Positions 43,773 through 51,129 of a DNA stretch of 64,000 bases are shown here, one piece after another; position 1 is the first letter of the stretch, and the number at the start of each line of letters is the position of its first letter. A model generated the notes under the pieces. It was given only the letters and a program-made list of their open reading frames with translations, was not told the DNA's origin and made no database searches. Position numbers and translations under genes: made by a program. Source of the stretch: Escherichia phage vB_Eco_NicPhage; the sequence record OY726582; one strand, 5' to 3'.

Positions 43773-44597
43773 TTAACAATTTATAGACCAAGTCCATTTA
43801 GACGAATCTAAAGGAAAGTTTTGAATCGTCCACCACGGCTGCATATCAGTTGGTCCTGGGGTTCGCCAGGTATATGGAGTACGTGTTGTCGAGGGGCCAC
43901 CAATTTGATTGGGCCATGCACCTGGACTTGTTGCACCAGATTCTTTAAGCAAATCCGCCAATCGTTTTAAAAGGTCTTCACGATCTGAATCTGAATTATT
44001 CTTAGGCAGAACCAAACGAGATTCAATATCATCCCACGTGTGTACACGTTGTGCAGTACGAGGAATGGCATCACGTTCACCACGAGCCAACCAATAAATC
44101 GGTACATTAAGAATTTCTGCCGCATGGTCACAATGATGAGCTAAATCGTCAACGTAACAAATTACGTTATATTTTGTTTTAGCTAGTTCGAATAATTGTT
44201 CCTTTGAAGAATCATGACCACACATCATTACTTCAGAGAAAGCGCCTGGGAACAAAGCATTCAAATTAAATTGTCTATTCAATCGAGCATCAATTGAATC
44301 ACCTAGCGCCGTCACGGCTACAAAATTATAGTCTTCTTTTAGTTTATTGATAACTCGAAGAGCATCAGAATAAGGCGCTAAGTAACGAATAAAATCAGAG
44401 CTATTATATTTTTCTATTAATTGTTTACCAAGGTTATCGTCGGTATTGAACAGTTTACCAGGAGAAATAAATTTTTCGTCCTGAATCATTTTTAAAATAT
44501 GTTCTAATGGAAGGTTATATTTTTGGGCAAAATAAGGAAGTCCAGATTGCCAGCTTAAACATACACCATCAATATCAGTCAAAATAGTAGGCTTCAT
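43773..44597 (-). CDS. HAD-superfamily-like hydrolase (nucleotidase-like), 30.2-position, with Pro/Trp/Thr-rich C-terminal tail
   Basis: N-terminal LTDIDGVCL fits HAD motif I (DxDxV); later YVDD fits motif IV; C-terminal about 50 aa is low complexity. Confidence 0.55.
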   Translation of the reverse strand: MKPTILTDIDGVCLSWQSGLPYFAQKYNLPLEHILKMIQDEKFISPGKLFNTDDNLGKQLIEKYNSSDFIRYLAPYSDALRVINKLKEDYNFVAVTALGDSIDARLNRQFNLNALFPGAFSEVMMCGHDSSKEQLFELAKTKYNVICYVDDLAHHCDHAAEILNVPIYWLARGERDAIPRTAQRVHTWDDIESRLVLPKNNSDSDREDLLKRLADLLKESGATSPGAWPNQIGGPSTTRTPYTWRTPGPTDMQPWWTIQNFPLDSSKWTWSINC

Positions 44598-45061
44598 AAA
44601 GAGTCTCTTAATAGGTTTAACACGTCAATAAATTCATCTTCAGTTAGTATTGTATCATCTTTTGTTAGGTGGCTGGCCATGCTGTGCTTCAAAATTTTTC
44701 CTTTAGAGGCTTGTAAGGCATCACGAAACCCCTTGTTTTGGATCGCGGCTTCAAAATATGCATTTGTGTATAATTCTTTCCACGCTTCGGAGTATCTTGA
44801 AAATGGAACTCCTAACCAGAAGAGAGTCCCACGGTCCTGAGCTCTTGCGTAAGACCTTCCAGCTTGCTGTGCGGCCAGTCCTGACAGCCCAAATATACGT
44901 CTTTGTTGTTCAACATTTTTCACCTTACATCCTTGGAGAAATCCTTCAAGACCTCCGAATTGAATACCATCCATAACAAAAGGCCATTGAGCAAAGTTAC
45001 TTAATGCACATGACGGCCATTTGAAATTACTTCTTATTTCTAATTCAGACATCTTTAACAC
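44594..45061 (-). CDS. NADAR-domain (YbiA-like) protein, 30.3-position
   Basis: 155 aa; SNF.QWPF..DG..F...E......K and FGLSGLAAQQAGRS segments resemble the NADAR/YbiA fold; T4 30.3 is a NADAR family member. Confidence 0.55.
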   Translation of the reverse strand: MLKMSELEIRSNFKWPSCALSNFAQWPFVMDGIQFGGLEGFLQGCKVKNVEQQRRIFGLSGLAAQQAGRSYARAQDRGTLFWLGVPFSRYSEAWKELYTNAYFEAAIQNKGFRDALQASKGKILKHSMASHLTKDDTILTEDEFIDVLNLLRDSL

Positions 45062-45263
45062 TTATAATTTCAACATCAGCCCAATGTCCGTATCCAGGTA
45101 TACGGTCTTCGATAGATAAATTTCTGTCATTTTTAGGCATTTTAATTGACGTAACGTATGGTTCTAAACGGTTTTCCGCGTAATATGGAAAAACGTCGGT
45201 TACACGATAAGTAACTTCAATCATTTCCGTACCAAACAATTTCTGGATTAATTTATTCAACAT
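45045..45263 (-). CDS. Hypothetical protein (72 aa)
   Basis: ORF in tightly packed minus-strand early cluster, overlaps both neighbours. Confidence 0.4.
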   Translation of the reverse strand: MLNKLIQKLFGTEMIEVTYRVTDVFPYYAENRLEPYVTSIKMPKNDRNLSIEDRIPGYGHWADVEIISVKDV

Positions 45264-45450
45264 GTTTCAACCCTTTAATAGGAGATAACTCTTTACCCAT
45301 ACGTATGTCAGAAGTCCCATCAACCCATTGAACAGCATACGCTTCATTGATAATTCCAACGGCAGTTTTAAATTCTTTGAGAACTTTAAAAATCATCCCA
45401 GGGATTCCAACACCTTTTAATTGGACTGTTTGTGCTATTAAAAATTTCAT
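45253..45450 (-). CDS. Hypothetical protein (65 aa)
   Basis: ORF in early cluster; possible sigma70-like promoter 45475-45504 upstream. Confidence 0.4.
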   Translation of the reverse strand: MKFLIAQTVQLKGVGIPGMIFKVLKEFKTAVGIINEAYAVQWVDGTSDIRMGKELSPIKGLKHVE

Positions 45451-45504
45451 ATTTTTCCACTTACTAAAGAAATCATTATACTCTAATCCGTCCTTGGATG
45501 TACA

Positions 45505-46119
45505 CTACTTAATGAAATTAATTTCTACCGGATGAACAACAGGTTGAGCAGTGATATATTGAGTAATTGCTTTCATGACTAGAGCTTCAGAACCAGGATT
45601 TTTCTCAACGAATTCACGTGCTAGGTTATGAGCTTCGAGTTCACTCAATAAACCGGAACGCTGGCATCGGCGGTCTTGAGTACCCTGTTCAGATAAAAGG
45701 ACTACTACATATTTTTCATCGTCGTAGGGCTTAGCCAGTTGAGCAAATGTTCCTTTACTTCCAAAAGGAGAGTTATGTCGCCACATCACGCCGTGAGGAG
45801 TTTCAACCTTCGTATATTCGTGCGGTCCATTTTTCTTAGTTTCTTGATGTGGAACTTCATAGACCTTAGGGTTAGGACATTCAATAAAATGCTCATCTAA
45901 ATCGGTCGAGAATATTAAAGTAAAACAATTACTGAATTTACCAACACCGGCCTGATAAATTTTACCTTCAGAAGTTCTAATTTCACAAACTGAGCCGGCA
46001 TCAGTAACTTCTAAAACTTCAAAAGGCTCAATAAGGTCATATGAGAACATGTTTTTAAGGCGTGGAGTAATATCCCCATTTTTAAAATTCATTTTATAAA
46101 AAGTATTAACTTTAAACAT
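45505..46119 (-). CDS. Hypothetical protein (204 aa)
   Basis: Start moved to Met at 46119 (MFKVNTFYK..., AGGAA Shine-Dalgarno) because the ORF-track start at 46149 lies inside the terminator hairpin 46132-46147. Confidence 0.5.
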   Translation of the reverse strand: MFKVNTFYKMNFKNGDITPRLKNMFSYDLIEPFEVLEVTDAGSVCEIRTSEGKIYQAGVGKFSNCFTLIFSTDLDEHFIECPNPKVYEVPHQETKKNGPHEYTKVETPHGVMWRHNSPFGSKGTFAQLAKPYDDEKYVVVLLSEQGTQDRRCQRSGLLSELEAHNLAREFVEKNPGSEALVMKAITQYITAQPVVHPVEINFIK

Positions 46120-46131
46120 AATTTCCTCAGT

Positions 46132-46147
46132 GGGAGCCGAAGCTCCC
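46132..46147 (-). terminator. Minus-strand hairpin GGGAGC-UUCG-GCUCCC between ORFs 46155..46520 and 45505..46119
   Basis: GC stem with UUCG loop; weak U-tract, so possibly an RNA-processing or stability element rather than a full terminator. Confidence 0.45.
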
Positions 46148-46154
46148 AATTAAT

Positions 46155-46520
46155 TTAGATATCAAATTCGTTAAGAACTACATCAAAGATTGCTTCGAGA
46201 TGTTCAGGTTTAGCTCGGTTGCTCAGGATATGACGAATCCAAGTTTTAACCAGAAGTTTACGATTAACACCATTCCAGCAAGGATGAATACCTAAATCAC
46301 GCTGACGGAAATCATCATCTAATGCAATTTTAAAATTTGAACCTTCCATCGTGATTGAAACCGTGATACCATTTTCAAATCGCATATAAACGTAATTAGG
46401 AGTCATGCACTGTTCGATTTCACAAACTGTACCGTTTTCGTGTTTCCATAAGCAAATAACTTCAGAAGAACCAGCAATACCGTTAGAAACATATTTACGT
46501 TCGAAGTTGGTGTAGTTCAT
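46155..46520 (-). CDS. Hypothetical protein (121 aa), possible paralog of the next gene
   Basis: Own early-promoter-like element (46561-46590); shares a G(S/T)VCEI / CMTP-containing segment with neighbouring ORFs. Confidence 0.55.
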   Translation of the reverse strand: MNYTNFERKYVSNGIAGSSEVICLWKHENGTVCEIEQCMTPNYVYMRFENGITVSITMEGSNFKIALDDDFRQRDLGIHPCWNGVNRKLLVKTWIRHILSNRAKPEHLEAIFDVVLNEFDI

Positions 46521-46560
46521 TTTATTCTCCAGATGTTTAAGTTGTTTGTTGGTACAGGTC

Positions 46561-46590
46561 TATAATAACATAACCTGTACCAAAGTAAAC
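46561..46590 (-). promoter_or_regulatory. Early promoter (GTTTAC-N17-TATTAT) for ORF 46155..46520
   Basis: Minus strand reads cagTTTACtttggtacaggttatgtTATTATagacc. Confidence 0.45.
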
Positions 46591-46594
46591 TGTT

Positions 46595-46963
46595 TTATGC
46601 AACTTTAATCCAATTGTCTAAATTTAAAACACCTTTGGCTTTCATTTTTTCGATCAGGTTATCTGCTGTAATGCGTCCATTTTGATACCATGTAACATCT
46701 TCAGAGTAACCAGTTTCTTCGTCAACATATGTTTCTGAACGAATTTTACCGGTAATAATAGTTTTTAATTCATATGTGTCACCTGTGAAAAAGTTTGCTA
46801 ACACAATTTTCCAAGAGAAATCATCTGAAGGACCTTCAGGGGTCATACAACCTACGAACTCAAATTGCTCTTTGTATAACATCCACTGGAATTCTTTAAT
46901 TTCGATAGCTTTATAACCGTCGTGGTCTTTACATTTGATGTATGAGTTCAGATTGATTTTCAT
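46595..46963 (-). CDS. Hypothetical protein (122 aa), possible paralog of the previous gene
   Basis: Own early-promoter-like element (47006-47034); FVGCMTPEG segment. Confidence 0.55.
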   Translation of the reverse strand: MKINLNSYIKCKDHDGYKAIEIKEFQWMLYKEQFEFVGCMTPEGPSDDFSWKIVLANFFTGDTYELKTIITGKIRSETYVDEETGYSEDVTWYQNGRITADNLIEKMKAKGVLNLDNWIKVA

Positions 46964-47005
46964 TTTGTTCTCCGGTTTGTTTTATCGATTAGGTGGTACA
47001 AGTCT

Positions 47006-47034
47006 ATAGTAACACATCCTACAGGAGAGTAAAC
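47006..47034 (-). promoter_or_regulatory. Early promoter (TTTACT-N16-TACTAT) for ORF 46595..46963
   Basis: Minus strand reads gTTTACTctcctgtaggatgtgtTACTATagac. Confidence 0.45.
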
Positions 47035-47071
47035 ATCTTTTTTAAACTTTTTCTGCCCTAAACGCACAAAA

Positions 47072-47089
47072 GGGAGACCGAAGTCTCCC
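47072..47089 (-). terminator. Minus-strand terminator GGGAGAC-UUCG-GUCUCCC + UUUUGUG downstream of the small basic ORF
   Basis: Identical stem-loop to the gene 23 and gene 32 terminators. Confidence 0.7.
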
Positions 47090-47094
47090 TAAAA

Positions 47095-47274
47095 TTATGC
47101 AACAACCTTTCCAAAACGAGAAGCATCATCTCGAAGAACTGCACGTGCTCTGCGCATGATCTTCTCAACTGTTTGATTAATACGAGAGTTCGACCCACGC
47201 TTGTATCCAGCGCGTTTAGAGGTACCATCAACTTTCTTTTCAACTGCTTTCTTTGCTTTAGCTTGTTTTGCCAT
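47095..47274 (-). CDS. Small highly basic protein (59 aa), not in the ORF track
   Basis: Hand translation of the minus strand: MAKQAKAKKAVEKKVDGTSKRAGYKRGSNSRINQTVEKIMRRARAVLRDDASRFGKVVA; followed by the terminator hairpin at 47072-47089; the ORF-track entry 47058..47243 is in another frame of the same region. Confidence 0.4.
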   Translation of the reverse strand: MAKQAKAKKAVEKKVDGTSKRAGYKRGSNSRINQTVEKIMRRARAVLRDDASRFGKVVA

Positions 47275-47569
47275 TATAAATTCTCTTTAAATGAAAATGC
47301 AGGACTTATTGACATTGCCTGCGCAAGCCCTCAAGGGGAACATAGGTTTTGGATATTTAACGACAGGATAACCATAAACCCGTCATCATACCAACCACGA
47401 CTTAGACAGATAACCTTTTTCTGACGCGTGATAGTACAAAATACATTCAAGAGGTACACCGTAAAACTGCCGGGGCCTTAAAACTATAATGATTCGCAAA
47501 TCATTAATCAGACAGTTCGACGGCTCCTCGATTTTCTAGCCGCACTTAAGGTAGCGAATCACCTAAAAC

Positions 47570-47818
47570 TTATTTAAGGGTAATAACAAAATGACGTACT
47601 GCTTTACGAGCTGCAGAAGCCAAAGGCTTAGCATATTTCAGTTCATCTTTTGCTTCCAGTTCAGAGGCCAAAGCTGCCTGTACCGGGTTCAGATGTTTGA
47701 AATAATGCAGGATTTCCAGTGCTTCGGCTTCAACATCAATCGACGCGCCGTAGTTTTCGTGACCGTTATTCCATGCGTTTCGTTGCAGTTCAAGAGCGTG
47801 TTGTAATTGTTTAATCAT
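47570..47818 (-). CDS. rIII: rIII lysis-inhibition accessory protein
   Basis: 82 aa, identical to T4 RIII length, immediately downstream of gene 31 as in T4. Confidence 0.75.
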   Translation of the reverse strand: MIKQLQHALELQRNAWNNGHENYGASIDVEAEALEILHYFKHLNPVQAALASELEAKDELKYAKPLASAARKAVRHFVITLK

Positions 47819-47923
47819 TTTAAATTCTCAATTCGAGATAATATTTAGTAGCCACGTTCGTCTGAATTTCACCTTCTTTCGACAAGTCTCTCAGTTGTAG
47901 GCTACCGCTTAGAAGAGTGTTCT

Positions 47924-47931
47924 CTTCATAT
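47924..47931 (-). promoter_or_regulatory. Minus-strand late promoter TATAAATA between gene 31 and rIII
   Basis: Reverse complement of plus-strand tatttata in the gp31-rIII intergenic region. Confidence 0.4.
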
Positions 47932-47942
47932 AGTTATTTATA

Positions 47943-48275
47943 TCACTTATAAAGACACGGAATAGCTTTATAGTGGCATGTTACGAATTTCTGTTTAATT
48001 TCTTTAGGTTGTTTAAGTCCCAAAGCCACAAATGGATGTGGAACATTTCGAATTTGTCCAACTGGTAGTGGAGTCAAATCACCGACTTCAACAAAACCTT
48101 CAGGAACATCAGGACCTACAGAATGAACTACACATAGTTCAGGAACTTCACCTTGAACACGTTTACCAATCACAAGTCCTGATTCGGTAACTTCTTCATC
48201 ACCTGCTTGAGCGGGTTCAGAAACCAGAATGACATATTCACCAACAGCACGAATTGGGAGTTGTACTTCAGACAT
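47943..48275 (-). CDS. 31: Co-chaperonin gp31 (GroES functional analogue)
   Basis: 110 aa (T4 111); near-identical to remembered T4 gp31 ([34 protein letters not shown]...). Confidence 0.9.
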   Translation of the reverse strand: MSEVQLPIRAVGEYVILVSEPAQAGDEEVTESGLVIGKRVQGEVPELCVVHSVGPDVPEGFVEVGDLTPLPVGQIRNVPHPFVALGLKQPKEIKQKFVTCHYKAIPCLYK

Positions 48276-48332
48276 CTTATTTCCTTGTTGTTTGACGATA
48301 GATTAATAATACCATACTATTCGTAAAGCATA

Positions 48333-48641
48333 TTACATAAGAAGCAAACGTTCTACCGGAGTACCATCAACCGAAATTACTTTATCAAGGCGGAAAGAAC
48401 GCCACTGACCTAACTTGGTATCGAATGCTCGAACTGATTCACGAGGTTCAGAACGAACTTCTGATGCCGGATTGTTATTTTCATATTTGACTTCAAGTTC
48501 ATCGCGAGAAGCAAACATAGTGCGTACCTCACCGTTAGCCTTTTCAAATACAACACAATGAACGCCTACAGACAGAATAGTTTTAATACGTTCACGAAGA
48601 ACCATAGTTTCTTGTTCAGTTAAAATCATATTATTCACCAC
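48333..48641 (-). CDS. Hypothetical protein (102 aa), 31.1-position
   Basis: ORF between cd and gene 31, overlapping the cd stop region. Confidence 0.5.
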   Translation of the reverse strand: MVNNMILTEQETMVLRERIKTILSVGVHCVVFEKANGEVRTMFASRDELEVKYENNNPASEVRSEPRESVRAFDTKLGQWRSFRLDKVISVDGTPVERLLLM

Positions 48642-49212
48642 AAAAGTTTCGGATTTGTTCCCAATTCAGAGAACGAAGATTATTACGAGAGTACTGAATT
48701 ACTTCAATACCGGCTTGTTTTAGAATGTCTGCCCAATTTTCAGGAGATCGGTCGTATAATTCTGCATATACAACCTTTTTAATACCTGACTGTGTAATAG
48801 CTTTAGTGCAATCAGGACACGGAGAAAGCGTCGTATATAACGTAGCACCTTCAATAGAATTACCTTTACGAGCTGCAAATAAAATTGCATTCAGTTCAGC
48901 ATGGATTTCATTATTAGCAGACCATGCACTATGAGCGGCCCGATGTTCTTTAGCCAAAACAAAATTATCCACCCGTCCAAATGCTGTAGTGCCTTCTTTA
49001 TGCCCAGCAACGATGACCGGGCTTGGTTTATTCTTCAACCAACCGTTTTCGGATGCATGTTCGCAACAGTTTGTACCACCTGAAGGAGAGCCATTATAAC
49101 CTGTAGAAATAATGCGTCCATCTTTTTCAATGACGGCACCAACTTTCCATGAACAACATTTTGATTCTTGAGAAATCAAATAAGCAATTTGAAGATATGT
49201 GCTAGCTTTCAT
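48631..49212 (-). CDS. cd: dCMP deaminase
   Basis: 193 aa, identical to T4 Cd length; zinc-binding motifs HAELNAI and PCPDC; N-terminus MKASTYLQIAYLISQESKCCSWKVGAVIEK. Confidence 0.9.
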   Translation of the reverse strand: MKASTYLQIAYLISQESKCCSWKVGAVIEKDGRIISTGYNGSPSGGTNCCEHASENGWLKNKPSPVIVAGHKEGTTAFGRVDNFVLAKEHRAAHSAWSANNEIHAELNAILFAARKGNSIEGATLYTTLSPCPDCTKAITQSGIKKVVYAELYDRSPENWADILKQAGIEVIQYSRNNLRSLNWEQIRNFCGE

Positions 49213-50204
49213 TATTGAACCTTATTAATATAAGTTAACAGCTCTTTAGTTTGTTCCCAACTGATGCACGCATCGGTAACGGAAACGCCATAGGACATAT
49301 TATCAGAAATTTTTTGATTTCCTTCATGTAGGAATGATTCTATCATAATTCCTTTGACCAAATCATTAGCTGCTAAATTTTTACCAATACCAATTTGATT
49401 GCTATAATGCCCAGCAGCGTTTGCATGGCTACAGTCAACCATTACATAATGATTCAGACCTACTGCACTTGCTTTGTTAGAAGCTTCTTGAATATCAGAA
49501 GAATGATAGTTCGGGCCGTTGGTCCCGCCACGCAATACGATATGCGTATTCTGATTACCTTCAGCTTCAACAATGCCTACAGTACCATCGACGTCCATAC
49601 CCATATACCGATGAGGCCTGGCGGCACTATACATCGCGTCTGTAGCTACTTTAATAGAACCATTGGTTGCGTTCTTGAAGCCTACGCACATCGGTAGACC
49701 TGAAGCAATTTCACGATGTGTCTGACTTTCAGTCGTACGGGCGCCAATAGCAACCCATGAGAAAATACCAGAAAGATACTTAATCGTGAATGGGTCTAAT
49801 ACTTCAGTTGCTAATGGAAGTCCCATACGTAGAAGTTTACGACACAATGTTCGTGCAACTATAAGACCGTGGTTCATATCAAAACTTCCGTCAAGATATG
49901 GATCATTTACAAGACCTTTCCAACCTACGGTAGTTCGAGGCTTTTCAAAATAAACGCGCATCACTAACAGAACATTAGGAAGACGAGTTTGAAGTTCAGC
50001 TAGACGTTTGCCGTATTCAACAGCAGCAATAGGGTCATGAATTGAACAAGGACCTACAACAATAAGTTTGCGTGGGTCTTCACCGTTCATAATCGAATTA
50101 ACTTGTTCGCGATGAGAAGCCACTTGTGATGCGTAAGCTTCCGACAAAGGAATAATCTCAGCCAGTTCTTTTGGAGAAATAAGTTTTCTGACGACAGGTA
50201 ACAT
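49212..50204 (-). CDS. 3-deoxy-D-arabino-heptulosonate-7-phosphate (DAHP) synthase, class I-alpha (AroF/AroG-like)
   Basis: 330 aa; full-length colinearity with E. coli AroF/AroG, including KLIVVGPCSIHD, VMRVYFEKPRTTVGWKGL, IGARTTESQTHRE, GFKN, ILRGG, VDCSHAN, ESFLHEGNQ, VTDACISWE; AAGGA Shine-Dalgarno 6 nt upstream; stop overlaps cd start (TAATG). Confidence 0.9.
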   Translation of the reverse strand: MLPVVRKLISPKELAEIIPLSEAYASQVASHREQVNSIMNGEDPRKLIVVGPCSIHDPIAAVEYGKRLAELQTRLPNVLLVMRVYFEKPRTTVGWKGLVNDPYLDGSFDMNHGLIVARTLCRKLLRMGLPLATEVLDPFTIKYLSGIFSWVAIGARTTESQTHREIASGLPMCVGFKNATNGSIKVATDAMYSAARPHRYMGMDVDGTVGIVEAEGNQNTHIVLRGGTNGPNYHSSDIQEASNKASAVGLNHYVMVDCSHANAAGHYSNQIGIGKNLAANDLVKGIMIESFLHEGNQKISDNMSYGVSVTDACISWEQTKELLTYINKVQ

Positions 50205-50324
50205 AACAATCCTTAGGAGATATAAACAGATTCTGATTCAACAATACCTTTAACCGGATTAGACAGGCTAAGTTGGTAGTGCTCAGATTTATGACCATTC
50301 TCGATAGTAATGAGATAGCTCTCA

Positions 50325-50561
50325 TTATAGTGTTCCATATACTCGAGTTGCTTCAACAAGACCATCACTGCCTAATTTAAGATTAGTAATTTGGTCACCA
50401 TCTTTAGGATTAACGATTATGAGAAAAGAACGTGGAGATTCTTGAATAACTCGTAATGTTGCATCTTGGAAACGTTCAGACACTTTATTGATGAGTGCTT
50501 GAGCAAATTCTTTTACTTTAATCTGAAATTCGTGTACTGTAATTGGGTTTTCACTTAGCAT
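50325..50561 (-). CDS. Hypothetical protein (78 aa)
   Basis: ORF with upstream TTTACA-N17-TACTAT element (50590-50618). Confidence 0.45.
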   Translation of the reverse strand: MLSENPITVHEFQIKVKEFAQALINKVSERFQDATLRVIQESPRSFLIIVNPKDGDQITNLKLGSDGLVEATRVYGTL

Positions 50562-50589
50562 TTCTATTTCCTCATTTGTTGGTAGAGTT

Positions 50590-50618
50590 ATAGTATCACA
50601 ACTCCACCACGTTGTAAA
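50590..50618 (-). promoter_or_regulatory. Early promoter TTTACA-N17-TACTAT for ORF 50325..50561
   Basis: Minus strand reads ggTTTACAacgtggtggagttgtgaTACTATaac. Confidence 0.5.
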
Positions 50619-50621
50619 CCA

Positions 50622-50897
50622 TTAAATTGCTTTGCATTCAATTTTTTGTGTACCGAAATTGATATCACATTGGATAACTAAATCGCCGTCAAGATCAAAT
50701 ACCACGATGACGTGTGCAGACCCAGGGAGAAGAGTAATAGCAATAGAATCTACTTGGTCTGGGAGCAAAGCATTGAGTACATGAGTTACTTGAGCATGAA
50801 CTCTGAGTTCGGCTGCATTATCAAGCACTTCAAACATATTATTAGCAATAATCTGACTGAAGACTACCTTTACAATTTCAGAATAAGTTGGGAACAT
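50622..50897 (-). CDS. Hypothetical protein (91 aa)
   Basis: ORF in minus-strand early cluster between pseT and the DAHP synthase gene. Confidence 0.45.
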   Translation of the reverse strand: MFPTYSEIVKVVFSQIIANNMFEVLDNAAELRVHAQVTHVLNALLPDQVDSIAITLLPGSAHVIVVFDLDGDLVIQCDINFGTQKIECKAI

Positions 50898-50904
50898 AAT
50901 TACC

Positions 50905-51129
50905 TCAGTGCACAGTATTTACTTTAACTCGAACAACAAATCGCTCGGTTGGATCACCTACAGGAACAAACTCTACATGATATTCACCTTTGTAACGAGT
51001 ATTCAGATCATTACGAATTCCTGCGAGTTTGTTGATTAATGTAGGACTCATATTAAGTCCCACTAGTTTACGAAGCATTTTGTATGCTTCATCTTCGATT
51101 TCATGATGTTTATCGTACATAGTTTTCAT
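50905..51129 (-). CDS. Hypothetical protein (74 aa)
   Basis: ORF in minus-strand early cluster. Confidence 0.45.
   Translation of the reverse strand: MKTMYDKHHEIEDEAYKMLRKLVGLNMSPTLINKLAGIRNDLNTRYKGEYHVEFVPVGDPTERFVVRVKVNTVH

Noticed and set aside
47291-47540. tRNA gene or small ORFs in the ORF-free island
   Set aside because: Longest ORFs are 14-28 codons without ribosome-binding sites; I could not assemble a cloverleaf (no acceptor/T-arm pairing around the GTTCGA at 47515). Left as an unexplained non-coding region rather than called as an RNA gene.
49212-50204. Alternative identity of the DAHP synthase-like ORF as KDO-8-phosphate synthase
   Set aside because: Length (330 aa versus about 284 for KdsA) and the specific AroF/AroG-type motifs (GPCSIHD, VMRVYFEKPRTTVGWKGL, VTDACISWE) favour DAHP synthase.
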